DNA from: an uncultured Eubacteriales bacterium
Lineage (GTDB): Bacteria; Bacillota; Clostridia; Christensenellales; CAG-138
Reading direction: 5' to 3'
DNA: 64,000 nt
Assembly: GCA_902792295.1 (NCBI GenBank)
Contig: CADAZC010000002.1
Location: 2,803 to 66,802, forward strand
Shown here: piece by piece, positions 53,810-62,002 of the stretch
Layout of the letters: the number at the start of each line of letters is the position of its first letter
Numbering within the stretch: the stretch's first letter is position 1
Program-made: the position numbers and the translations under genes
Notes under the pieces: model-generated
Told to the model about the DNA's origin: nothing
Database searches by the model: none
What the model saw: only the letters and a program-made list of their open reading frames with translations

Positions 53810-55009
53810 ATGAAACGATTGCTGCGCATATGCAGCGCGCTGTGTGTTGTGTTGGTGCTCGGATGGTACTGCCTGCCGGGCGTATATCGGGTCCTGCATC
53901 TTCCGGACTGCGTGGACGCGGAGACCGATCTTGCCGCGCCGGCGATTGCCGCACGGACAAAGGATGCGCGTTTTGTCCGCGGAAGCGGCGACGAGCGTCT
54001 TTCATCCGTCACGGGTCCCGAAACGGAGATCCGACTGTTCGGATTTCTGCCGCTGAAAACCGTGCGCTCGGCGTTGCACGGGAGGACCGTCGTTCTCGGC
54101 GGCGACGTGGTCGGCGTCGTACTGCAAACGGAAGGCGTCCAGATCGTCGGCTTCGACCGGATTGACACGGCAAACGGCGCGCGTTCGCCCGCCGTATCGG
54201 CGGGACTTCGCGAAGGCGATATGATCTGCGCGGTCAACGGACAGAAGGTTGCCGATTCCGAATCCTTTGCAGCCCTTTGCGCCGCTGCGGGCGAAACCTG
54301 CGAACTGTCCTGCCTGCGGGACGGAAAGGCGTTTACCGTGCAGGTAAGCCCCGTATCGGATCGCGGCGGGGAAAAACGGATCGGCGCATGGGTGCGCGAC
54401 AGCACCTCCGGAATCGGCACGCTTTCTTTTTATGACGACGAAAGCGGCGCATATGCCGCATTGGGACACGGCGTGACGGACGTGGACACGCAGAAGCTGA
54501 TTTCTCCGGCAAAGGGGTTTCTGACGGAAGCGTCGATCGTGCAGATCCGAAAGAGCGGCGGCAGCGCGGCGGGAGAGTTGATCGGACGGTTTTCGACGAG
54601 CAGCAAGGACGCTGTTGCATCGGTCGAACGGAATACGCCGTTCGGCATTGCGGGAACGCTGACGAAGTTTTCCGACGCCGATAAACGTTCGATGGAGATT
54701 GCGCCCGCAGGCGCGGTGCACAGGGGAGAGGCGGTCATTCTTTCGGCGGCAAACGGGACGGTCACGGAATACACGGCAAACGTCATTCGCGTCGACGTGC
54801 AATCCTCCCCGGAAACGCAGGGAATCATGATCGAGATCACGGATCCCGCGCTTCTCCGGCAGACGGGCGGAATCGTGCAGGGAATGAGCGGCAGTCCTCT
54901 CATTCAGGACGGGCGGCTGATCGGCATCGTGACGCACGTCTTTATCAGCCATCCGACGCGCGGGTACTGCCTGTATGCCGAATGGATGGAAGAAGAACTG
55001 CTCGGATAG
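53810..55009 (+). CDS. spoIVB: SpoIVB peptidase (S55 signalling serine protease)
   Basis: ATG 53810 has the SD AAAAGGAG. The protein is 399 aa with a signal anchor. The PDZ region reads GLREGDMICAVNGQKV. The S55 domain shows GTLSFYD....YAALGH and the catalytic Ser in GIVQGMSGSPLI. Confidence 0.9.
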   Translation: MKRLLRICSALCVVLVLGWYCLPGVYRVLHLPDCVDAETDLAAPAIAARTKDARFVRGSGDERLSSVTGPETEIRLFGFLPLKTVRSALHGRTVVLGGDVVGVVLQTEGVQIVGFDRIDTANGARSPAVSAGLREGDMICAVNGQKVADSESFAALCAAAGETCELSCLRDGKAFTVQVSPVSDRGGEKRIGAWVRDSTSGIGTLSFYDDESGAYAALGHGVTDVDTQKLISPAKGFLTEASIVQIRKSGGSAAGELIGRFSTSSKDAVASVERNTPFGIAGTLTKFSDADKRSMEIAPAGAVHRGEAVILSAANGTVTEYTANVIRVDVQSSPETQGIMIEITDPALLRQTGGIVQGMSGSPLIQDGRLIGIVTHVFISHPTRGYCLYAEWMEEELLG

Positions 55010-55106
55010 ACGTTATTTCATCGTTCTACCGAAATCCGACATAAAATACCGGTAGATTTTTCCAACATCGCGACGCACAATAAGAGCGGACGGGAGGAAA
55101 AAATCA

Positions 55107-55814
55107 ATGCGGATTATGCTTTTGTCGGGCGATCGGAAAACGGCGCGCGCGTTTGCGGATGCGGCGGAGGAAACGGGCAAGGTGCGGCTTTGCGTGCTGA
55201 AAAACACGGCGCAGGTTCTGGAACGGTTCTTTCGCGATCCGTTCGACGCGCTGCTTTCCGATGATCCGTCCGTTCTTTTGCCGCGTGTTCAAAAATGCTC
55301 GGTTCTGTGGCCGAATCACATCTTTTTACTTCTTTCGGAGTCCGTCGGCAATGTCAGACTGCCCGAAATGCTGACGTTCTGCTTTTCGAAGGACGACGAT
55401 CCGAAGGATATCCTTTTCCGCATATCGCAGTTTCCCGAAGGACACAGAAACAGGAACAATCCGGAGGTCGAGATTTCACGCTTTTTGCAGCAGATCGGCA
55501 TTCCGGTTTCACTGAGCGGATTCGAATACCTGCGCGAGGCAATTCGTCTGATTCTTGCGCAGGAATCGGCGATCGACGTCCGATCCGTAAACGATCTTTA
55601 CGGGATTCTTTCGATGGAAACGGGGGTGAGCGCCGGCGTCACGGAGCACGCCATGCGGCACGCGATCGACACGGCGTGGATACGGGCGGATACGGCGCTG
55701 CTTGAAAACCTGTTCGGATACACGGTCCGATCGGATCGCGGCGCGCCGTCCAACGCGGCGTTCCTGTTCCGTGCGGCAGATCATATCAGATTAAACAGAG
55801 GGGGGATCGTTTGA
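55107..55814 (+). CDS. spo0A: Spo0A-like regulator: degenerate N-terminal receiver plus Spo0A C-terminal DNA-binding domain, in the syntenic spo0A position
   Basis: 235 aa with the SD GGGAGG. The C-terminal half aligns by eye with B. subtilis Spo0A: IGIPVSLSGFEYLREAI, HAMRHAIDTAW, LFGYTV, APSNAAFLFRAADHIRL. The N-terminal ~105 aa is only weakly receiver-like (LLSGDR, ALLSDDP, LLLSES, FSKDDDP). The symbol is given on synteny and the C-domain only. Confidence 0.7.
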   Translation: MRIMLLSGDRKTARAFADAAEETGKVRLCVLKNTAQVLERFFRDPFDALLSDDPSVLLPRVQKCSVLWPNHIFLLLSESVGNVRLPEMLTFCFSKDDDPKDILFRISQFPEGHRNRNNPEVEISRFLQQIGIPVSLSGFEYLREAIRLILAQESAIDVRSVNDLYGILSMETGVSAGVTEHAMRHAIDTAWIRADTALLENLFGYTVRSDRGAPSNAAFLFRAADHIRLNRGGIV

Positions 55815-56296
55815 TGACAATGGAAGAAATGCAGGAGATGGAGGATATGCTGCGGTCAAGGTACAGCGATCCGGACGCACTTCTGGACGCAACGATCAAC
55901 GCGGTCATGCGCGCGCTGTGTGTGCCGGCAAAGCTGCTCGGCTACCGGTATATCTTTCTTGCGGCGCGGTTCATCCGTACCCGTCCGCCGGAGCTTCGGT
56001 CGACCGCAAAGAAGGAACTGTATCCGTATATTGAGCAGAGCATGCATACCTCGATTCCGATGATCCGCCGGACGATGCATTATGCGATCGAAAAAGCGTG
56101 GAAACGCGCGGATCCCGCCGTTCTGTACTCATATCTGGGACTTCGGGGAAAGCGGCTCAACGATCCGCCCGGAAACATCGAGTTCGTGTATCTCGTCGCC
56201 GAGCGCGTGCGTCTGATCATCGGCGATCCGGTGTGGGAGGAATACTATCAGCGCATTGCAGCCGAAATCAAAAAGCAGTACGGATGGCTAAACTGA
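55814..56296 (+). CDS. Receiver-less Spo0A_C-domain protein (stand-alone paralog of the Spo0A effector domain)
   Basis: 160 aa. The ATG overlaps the upstream stop (TGATG) and is preceded by GAGGGGGG. The sequence reads VPAKLLGYRYIFLAARFI...ELYPYIEQSMHTSIPMIRRTMHYAIEKAW...YLGL...PPGNIEFVYLVAERVRLI. This aligns with the Spo0A helix-turn-helix and flanking helices. There is no N-terminal receiver, only an acidic Met/Glu-rich leader. Confidence 0.65.
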   Translation: MTMEEMQEMEDMLRSRYSDPDALLDATINAVMRALCVPAKLLGYRYIFLAARFIRTRPPELRSTAKKELYPYIEQSMHTSIPMIRRTMHYAIEKAWKRADPAVLYSYLGLRGKRLNDPPGNIEFVYLVAERVRLIIGDPVWEEYYQRIAAEIKKQYGWLN

Positions 56297-56325
56297 TTGA
56301 CGAAGCGCACCGCATATGATAAAAT
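56297..56325 (+). promoter_or_regulatory. Sigma-A-type promoter candidate (TTGACG-17-TAAAAT) upstream of deoB
   Basis: Pattern about 28 nt upstream of ATG 56354. Confidence 0.45.
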
Positions 56326-56353
56326 TATATAAAATCATCATAGGGGTGCTGAA

Positions 56354-57529
56354 ATGAAGAAAAGGGCGTTTCTGATTGTTCTGGACAGCGCCGGCATCGG
56401 CGCGCTTCCGGACGCCGCCGACTTCGGCGACGTCGGAGCAAATACCATCTGCAACATCTTTGCAAAGCGCGGATATCTGAACGTGCCGAACATGCGAAAG
56501 CTCGGGCTTGCGCATATCGACGGCTGCCTTCTTCCGAAAACGGACGACGAATTGATCGGAAGCTTCTGCAAATGCGCCGAGCAGACGCATGCGAAGGATA
56601 CGACCTGCGGACATTGGGAAATGGCGGGGCTTGCGCTGGATGAAGCGTTCAAGACCTACCCGAACGGTTTTCCGAAAGAGTTTATGGACGCGTTTGAACA
56701 GCGCATCGGTCGCGGGACGCTCGGCAACGTTGTCGCAAGCGGAACGCAGATCATTGAGGAGCTCGGCGATGAGCACGTGAAAACCGGCAAACCGATCGTC
56801 TATACCAGCGCGGACAGCGTTTTTCAGATCGCTGCGCATGAAGAGGTCATTCCGCTCAAAGAACTCTATCGCATCTGCGAGATCGCCCGTGAAATGCTGA
56901 CCGGCGAATACCTCGTCGGGCGCGTGATCGCGCGTCCGTTCCTCGGTGCGAACGGTGCATACAAGCGCACGGAAAACCGCAAGGATTACGCGGTCGCGCC
57001 GTTTAAGGACACCATTCTCGACGGGCTTGCGGGAAAAGGGCTGGACGTCGTGGGCATCGGCAAGATCGAGGACATCTTCTGCAACCGCGGCATCACGACC
57101 GTCGATCATACGAAGAACAATCCGGACGGCATTCGCGCCACACAGCGGTTTCTGGACAGCGGGACGGGGGATTTCATTTTCACGAACCTCGTCGATACCG
57201 ATATGCTGTACGGACACCGGAACGACTGGGAGGGCTATGCGAAAGCGCTGGAATACTTCGACGCGCATCTTCCCGAAATGTTCCTGTCCATGCAGGAGGG
57301 CGATATCCTGATGGTGACTGCGGACCACGGATGCGATCCGACGTTCCCCGGAACGGATCACACGCGCGAGTATATCCCGCTTCTGATCTGCGGAAAGCAT
57401 ATCAGGCACGGCGTCAATCTCGGCGTCCGCAGACAGTTCTCGGACATCGGCGCAACGATCTATGAATACCTGACCGGCGAGCAGTGGCGCGAAGGTCAGT
57501 CGTTCCTGAAAGAAATCTGGGAGGCGTAA
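56354..57529 (+). CDS. deoB: Phosphopentomutase
   Basis: 391 aa: RAFLIVLDSAGIGALPDAADFGD.GANT, GHWEMAG, TADHGCDPT. Confidence 0.93.
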   Translation: MKKRAFLIVLDSAGIGALPDAADFGDVGANTICNIFAKRGYLNVPNMRKLGLAHIDGCLLPKTDDELIGSFCKCAEQTHAKDTTCGHWEMAGLALDEAFKTYPNGFPKEFMDAFEQRIGRGTLGNVVASGTQIIEELGDEHVKTGKPIVYTSADSVFQIAAHEEVIPLKELYRICEIAREMLTGEYLVGRVIARPFLGANGAYKRTENRKDYAVAPFKDTILDGLAGKGLDVVGIGKIEDIFCNRGITTVDHTKNNPDGIRATQRFLDSGTGDFIFTNLVDTDMLYGHRNDWEGYAKALEYFDAHLPEMFLSMQEGDILMVTADHGCDPTFPGTDHTREYIPLLICGKHIRHGVNLGVRRQFSDIGATIYEYLTGEQWREGQSFLKEIWEA

Positions 57530-57530
57530 T

Positions 57531-58355
57531 ATGGAAGACATCATGAAGATCATCAACAGTGCCGTCGCGCTTTTGAAGGAGAAGGGCGCGGACAAAGCGT
57601 CCGTCGGTCTGATTCTCGGCAGCGGACTCGGCGACTATGCGGAAACGCTTGAAAACAAACGCTTCGTCGATTATGCGGACATCGAGGGGTATCCCGTATC
57701 CGGCGTTATCGGGCATAAGAATCGCTTTGTCGTCGGCGAGAAGTTCGGCAAGACGGTCATCGCCATGCAGGGACGGTTCCACTATTACGAGGGCTATCCG
57801 CAATGGATGCTTTCGCTCGGCGTTCGCACAATGAAAAAGCTCGGCGTCGAAAAGCTGCTGGTAACCAATGCGGCGGGCGGCGTGAACATGAACTATCATG
57901 CCGGCGACCTGATGCTGATTTCCGATCATATCAATCTCTCCGGCAGCAATCCGCTGATCGGGAAGAACCTCGACGAGTTCGGGCCGCGTTTCCCGGATCA
58001 GAGCAATGTATACGACAGGGACCTTCGCGCAAAGCTGATGGATCTCTCCCTGAAGAACGGCATTCAGATGCAGGAAGGCGTCTATCTGATGATGTCCGGT
58101 CCGTGCTACGAAACACCGGCGGAGATCCGCATGGCGCGCATCATCGGCGCGGACGCGGTCGGCATGTCCACGATTCCGGAGACCATGTGCGCGGCGCACT
58201 GCGGCATGAAGGTCATCGGCATCAGCTTGATCACCAACATGGCGGCGGGCGTGCTGGATCAGCCGCTTTCCCATGCGGAGGTCACCGAAACAGCTGCGAA
58301 GGCGGCGGTAAAGTTCACGCATCTGGTCGATCTGATCCTCAAAGAACTGTTTTAA
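57531..58355 (+). CDS. punA: Purine nucleoside phosphorylase (trimeric PunA/PNP-I type)
   Basis: 274 aa that aligns along its length with B. subtilis PunA: GLILGSGLG, IAMQGRFHYYEGY, LVTNAAGGVN, GPCYETPAEIRMARIIGADAVGMSTIPE, LDQPLSHAEV. Confidence 0.92.
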   Translation: MEDIMKIINSAVALLKEKGADKASVGLILGSGLGDYAETLENKRFVDYADIEGYPVSGVIGHKNRFVVGEKFGKTVIAMQGRFHYYEGYPQWMLSLGVRTMKKLGVEKLLVTNAAGGVNMNYHAGDLMLISDHINLSGSNPLIGKNLDEFGPRFPDQSNVYDRDLRAKLMDLSLKNGIQMQEGVYLMMSGPCYETPAEIRMARIIGADAVGMSTIPETMCAAHCGMKVIGISLITNMAAGVLDQPLSHAEVTETAAKAAVKFTHLVDLILKELF

Positions 58356-58365
58356 GCATAAAAAG

Positions 58366-58398
58366 AACGGCTGTCGGAAACCCGGCAGCCGTTTTATT
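58366..58398. terminator. Bidirectional intrinsic terminator between punA and the convergent membrane-protein gene
   Basis: AACGGCTGTCGGaaacCCGGCAGCCGTTTTATT, with an A-rich run upstream. Confidence 0.75.
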
Positions 58399-58405
58399 AT
58401 GTATT

Positions 58406-59293
58406 TTATGCTTTCGAATCGTCTTTTTCTTCGGACTCGTCGAAATTGAATGCGCTCGAAGGCATCGACGGACCGGAGACCTGCTGCGTTCTCGCTTTCT
58501 CCATCTTTTCCTTATCCGTGAAGATGCGGGTCACAACGAACAGCAGCACAACGCCGACGACCGCAAGACCGATGAACACGTAATTCAGAACGTTCAGAAG
58601 CGTCGGGCTCACAGCGCCGTACAGCTTGGAGAGGAAGGAACCGTCGTCGACGTCGGAACGCGCATTGCCCAAAGAAGAGAGATAGACGGCATGCCCTTTT
58701 GCCTTGTCGGCTTCGGTTTCGGCATAGACCGGGTTTTCCGCGTCATCGATCAGGTCGGTCTGACGATAGTATTTCGAATAATCGACCGAGCCGCCGGTGC
58801 AGCTCAGAAGTCCGCCGCTCTGCATCGGGAATTTCTCCCTGTCGCTTCCATACTGTGCATATGCCTTGTTGATAAATGCGGAGATCTCCGTTACATCCAT
58901 CTTTTCATCATCGACGGAATACGGTCCGTAGGTTTTTTCAACCGTTGCGCCGCCGCCGCCGAAGCAGGACATGCCGCTTCCGGTGCTTTCCTGCGCGGTA
59001 TAGGTCAGCTGACCGTTCTCCAAAAGATCGGAGAAGGTCTCTTTATACGCGTCCGTGACCTTATAGTAGGTCAGCTTATTGGAATACAGAACGGCCTGCA
59101 GTCCGTTTACGACCGCCATAAGAAGCATGATTGCGGCAAGGGCAAAATACAGAAGACGCATCAGCTTCTTCGCCTTGTCCTTGGACTCGTCCTTGAAATT
59201 CTCCATTGAGAATAATCTGCCGCTTCCCTTGATCGCGCCGACCAAAACATAGGCGCCCATGGCAAGCAGAAGGATCGGAAACAGTAAACCCAT
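58406..59293 (-). CDS. Hypothetical membrane protein (two N-terminal TM, an extracytoplasmic Gly/Cys-motif domain, a C-terminal TM, an acidic tail)
   Basis: 295 aa. TM segments are LLFPILLLAMGAYVLVGAI, LLYFALAAIMLLMAVVNGL and VFIGLAVVGVVLLFVV. I recognise no family. Confidence 0.55.
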   Translation of the reverse strand: MGLLFPILLLAMGAYVLVGAIKGSGRLFSMENFKDESKDKAKKLMRLLYFALAAIMLLMAVVNGLQAVLYSNKLTYYKVTDAYKETFSDLLENGQLTYTAQESTGSGMSCFGGGGATVEKTYGPYSVDDEKMDVTEISAFINKAYAQYGSDREKFPMQSGGLLSCTGGSVDYSKYYRQTDLIDDAENPVYAETEADKAKGHAVYLSSLGNARSDVDDGSFLSKLYGAVSPTLLNVLNYVFIGLAVVGVVLLFVVTRIFTDKEKMEKARTQQVSGPSMPSSAFNFDESEEKDDSKA

Positions 59294-59332
59294 AAGTGTT
59301 CTCCTTTGTTGTGTTTGTTGATATCGAAAAGC

Positions 59333-60718
59333 TTAAAGCTTTTTCAGCTTCGCGCCGTCCTTGGTGTCTTCCACGGCAAAGCCCATCGCCTTGAGCTCGT
59401 CGCGGATCGCGTCCGCCTTTGCCCAGTCCTTTGCCTTCTTCGCTTCCTTACGCGCCTCCAGGAGCTTCAGCGCGTCCTCGGGGAAGTCTTCCTTCTTTTC
59501 TTTCACAACAAGCCCCAGCACGCCGTTCAGCTCGGCATAACGCGCCTTGACCGCGTCGATCGCGGCGGTTGTATGCGCGCCCGTTGCAAAGATGTTGATC
59601 CAGCGCGCGAAGTCAAACAGCACGCCGAGCGCGTCTGCGGTGTTGAGGTCGTCGTCCATCGCGTCGTTGAACCGGTTGCGGAATTCATCGAGCTTTGCGG
59701 TGACTTCGGAATCGTCGGCTGTTTCGTCGATCGCCGTGTCAAACAACCGGTCGCGCGCCGTATAGAGACGGTTCAGACTCGCAACGGTCTGTTCCATCAG
59801 CTCGCGCGAGAAATTGACCGGGTTGCGGTAGTTTGCGGTCAGCAGGAACATACGGACCGCTTCAAGGTCATATTCCTTTGCAATGTCGCGCACGGTAAAG
59901 AAGTTGCCGAGGGACTTACTCATCTTTTGATTATTGATGTTGATATAGCCGTTGTGCATCCAGTAGTGGACGAACGGCTTTCCCGTCGCGCCCTCGCTCT
60001 GCGCGATCTCGTTCTCATGGTGCGGGAAAATAAGGTCCATTCCGCCGCCGTGAATATCGAAGGTCTCGCCGAGGTACTTCATGCTCATGGCTGAGCACTC
60101 GACGTGCCAGCCGGGACGGCCTTTGCCCCACGGGGAAGGCCAGCTCGGCTCGCCGGGCTTTTCGCCCTTCCAGAGCGCAAAGTCCAGAGGATCGCGCTTC
60201 TGTTCGGTGGGGGAGATGCGCGCACCGTTTTCCATATCGTCGATGTCCTGTCCCTTCAGCTTGCCGTAGCCGGGAAAGCTGCGAACCGAAAAGTACACGT
60301 CGCCGTTTTCCGTCGCGTACGCGTGCCCTTTCTCGATCAGCTTTTTGACGAGCTTGATGATATCGCCGATGTGTTCCGTGGCACGCGGATTGACCGTTGC
60401 GCGTTCGATGCCGAGCGCGTCGGCGTCCTGATAGTATTCCTTGATAAAGCGGTCGCCGAGCTCCTTGACGGTCGTGCCCTCGCGGTTTGCGCGGTTGATC
60501 ATCTTGTCGTCGATATCGGTGAAGTTCTGGACGTACTTGACCTTATAACCGCGGTATTCAAGGTAGCGGCGCATCGTATCGAACACGACGAACGGCCGCG
60601 CGTTGCCGATGTGAAAGAAATCGTAGACGGTCGGACCGCACACGTACATGGAGATTTCGCCCTCTTTCATCGGGATCAGGGGCTCCTTGCGGCGTGTCAT
60701 TGTATTGTAAATCTGCAT
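59333..60718 (-). CDS. cysS: Cysteine--tRNA ligase
   Basis: I trimmed the ORF to ATG 60718 (SD GGGAGGAAACCA). The protein is 461 aa. The HIGH-type motif is FHIGNARP. Zinc ligands are seen in YVCGPTVYD and WHVECS. The KMSKS motif is KMSKSLGN. Confidence 0.95.
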   Translation of the reverse strand: MQIYNTMTRRKEPLIPMKEGEISMYVCGPTVYDFFHIGNARPFVVFDTMRRYLEYRGYKVKYVQNFTDIDDKMINRANREGTTVKELGDRFIKEYYQDADALGIERATVNPRATEHIGDIIKLVKKLIEKGHAYATENGDVYFSVRSFPGYGKLKGQDIDDMENGARISPTEQKRDPLDFALWKGEKPGEPSWPSPWGKGRPGWHVECSAMSMKYLGETFDIHGGGMDLIFPHHENEIAQSEGATGKPFVHYWMHNGYININNQKMSKSLGNFFTVRDIAKEYDLEAVRMFLLTANYRNPVNFSRELMEQTVASLNRLYTARDRLFDTAIDETADDSEVTAKLDEFRNRFNDAMDDDLNTADALGVLFDFARWINIFATGAHTTAAIDAVKARYAELNGVLGLVVKEKKEDFPEDALKLLEARKEAKKAKDWAKADAIRDELKAMGFAVEDTKDGAKLKKL

Positions 60719-60789
60719 TGGTTTCCTCCCCAAAACAGCGTGCGTTGTCGGTATCAATCACGCGCACGCGCACATGGTATTTCTTATCT

Positions 60790-60818
60790 ATCATATGGAA
60801 ATTCCTGTGTTTTGTCAA
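60790..60818 (-). promoter_or_regulatory. Sigma-A-type promoter for cysS (TTGACA-17-TATGAT)
   Basis: The minus-strand pattern has a perfect -35 and lies about 70 nt upstream of the cysS ATG. Confidence 0.6.
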
Positions 60819-60825
60819 TAAGGAT

Positions 60826-60854
60826 TTGACGAACAGGTGCTTTTATACTATAAT
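60826..60854 (+). promoter_or_regulatory. Sigma-A-type promoter (TTGACG-17-TATAAT) for the cohesin-like surface protein gene
   Basis: Pattern about 47 nt upstream of ATG 60902 and back-to-back with the cysS promoter. Confidence 0.6.
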
Positions 60855-60901
60855 TACATAAAAGATCAGATAAGCGGCAACCGTTTTAAAGAGGGATACA
60901 T

Positions 60902-61927
60902 ATGAAACGCATCATTGCTTTGATTATCATATCGGCATTGCTCCTGCTTCCGGTCCTGTCGACCGATGCGGCGGAAAGCGGCGAGCTTTTGATCTCGTCC
61001 GAAAAGGTTTCCGGCGCCGTCGGCGATCTTGTTAAGGTTCATTTCTATCTGTATCCGAACCTGCCGGAAGGGAAAAAACTGGGATCGCTGCAGGGATACA
61101 TGAAATACGATGCATCGTTCGTAACGCTCGGATCCGTCAGCCAGATCGATGAAAGTGCGAACCTCACATCCTGGATGAAGGGCAGGGCAAGCAAGTTTGA
61201 ATACAACAATGAACCCGGCTGCCTGAAATTCGGCTTTTTCGACGGTTACGGCATCGAAGAAGGCGGCTTCTGGTTCCAGGCGGAATTCCGGATCGAGAAG
61301 GAAGGCGCGACGGACTTTGTCTTCAACGGAATCGAATATACCGGTATCGATGCACAATACAATGCCGTCGTATATCGGATCGATCCCGTTTCCGCAGGCG
61401 GCATCTATACCGAAGGGCAAACCGTGCCTGCAGACGGAGCAGCAGGGGAAACCTTCTTCCCGCTGCTTCCCGATATGCCGACGCCGACCGTAAAGCCGAC
61501 GGAAACGGTCAAACCGACTGCGACCGCGAAGGCGACGGCAAACCCGACTGCGACCGCGAAGGCGACATCAAAAGCAACCGCCACGGCCAAAGCAACGCCC
61601 AAGACGACCGCGACCGCAAAGCCGACCGTCAAGCCCACGGTGTCGCCGACAGTCACGACCGCTCCCGCGACGGAGACGGCTTCTCCCGCCCCGGATACGA
61701 CGCCGGTCGACACCGCAAAAACACCGTCCGAAACCCCGGAGATCCCCGCATCGGAGACGCCTGTTCAGCCGGTCGAACCTGTGAAGGAAACGCCGATCGA
61801 GGAAAAGGAAGAGAATCCGAACATGCTGTTTTTTACCGGCATGGCGATCGGCGGTGTCGCGCTGATCGGGCTCATTTCGCTTCTGATCGTCCTGATCCTG
61901 AAACGTCGCCGCAACAACGAACAATAA
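60902..61927 (+). CDS. Cell-surface protein: signal peptide, cohesin-like beta-sandwich domain, Thr/Pro/Ala/Lys repeat stalk, C-terminal TM anchor
   Basis: 341 aa with the signal ALIIISALLLLPVLSTDAA. The domain pattern GAVGDLVKVHFYL....L.SLQGYMKYDASFVTLGSV....GCLKFGFFD...GFWFQAEFRIEKEGATDF resembles type-I cohesins. The stalk reads KPTATAKATANPTATAKATSKATATAKATPKTTATAKPTVKPTV. The C-terminus is MLFFTGMAIGGVALIGLISLLIVLILKRRR. The cohesin assignment is by eye only. Confidence 0.55.
   Translation: MKRIIALIIISALLLLPVLSTDAAESGELLISSEKVSGAVGDLVKVHFYLYPNLPEGKKLGSLQGYMKYDASFVTLGSVSQIDESANLTSWMKGRASKFEYNNEPGCLKFGFFDGYGIEEGGFWFQAEFRIEKEGATDFVFNGIEYTGIDAQYNAVVYRIDPVSAGGIYTEGQTVPADGAAGETFFPLLPDMPTPTVKPTETVKPTATAKATANPTATAKATSKATATAKATPKTTATAKPTVKPTVSPTVTTAPATETASPAPDTTPVDTAKTPSETPEIPASETPVQPVEPVKETPIEEKEENPNMLFFTGMAIGGVALIGLISLLIVLILKRRRNNEQ
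61514..61566 (+). repeat. 30-nt-period tandem direct repeat inside the stalk-coding region
   Basis: CCGACTGCGACCGCGAAGGCGAC occurs identically at 61514-61536 and 61544-61566. More degenerate copies continue to about 61655. Confidence 0.8.
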
Positions 61928-61973
61928 CCCCTTTCAACAATAAAAAAGAGAGCTCTCTATTTTGAGAGCTTTC

Positions 61974-62002
61974 TTGCGTTTTGGAAAGGAGTGTTGTATA
62001 AT
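61974..62002 (+). promoter_or_regulatory. Sigma-A-type promoter candidate (TTGCGT-17-TATAAT) upstream of folT
   Basis: Pattern about 30 nt upstream of ATG 62033. The leader is too short for a riboswitch. Confidence 0.5.

Noticed and set aside
60719-60900. A search for a T-box leader upstream of cysS.
   Set aside because: The leader is only ~70 nt, and I found no specifier loop or conserved T-box sequence (AAnnnGGGUGGnACCGCG-like). Only a simple hairpin is present, and it is reported as a low-interest finding.
61483-61655. Regularly spaced direct repeats that could be mistaken for a CRISPR-like array. The repeats at 31731-31833 and 28560-28670 are similar.
   Set aside because: The period is only 30 nt or less with no unique spacers. 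The repeats are in frame inside ORFs and encode Pro/Thr/Ala/Lys linkers, so they are coding low-complexity repeats.
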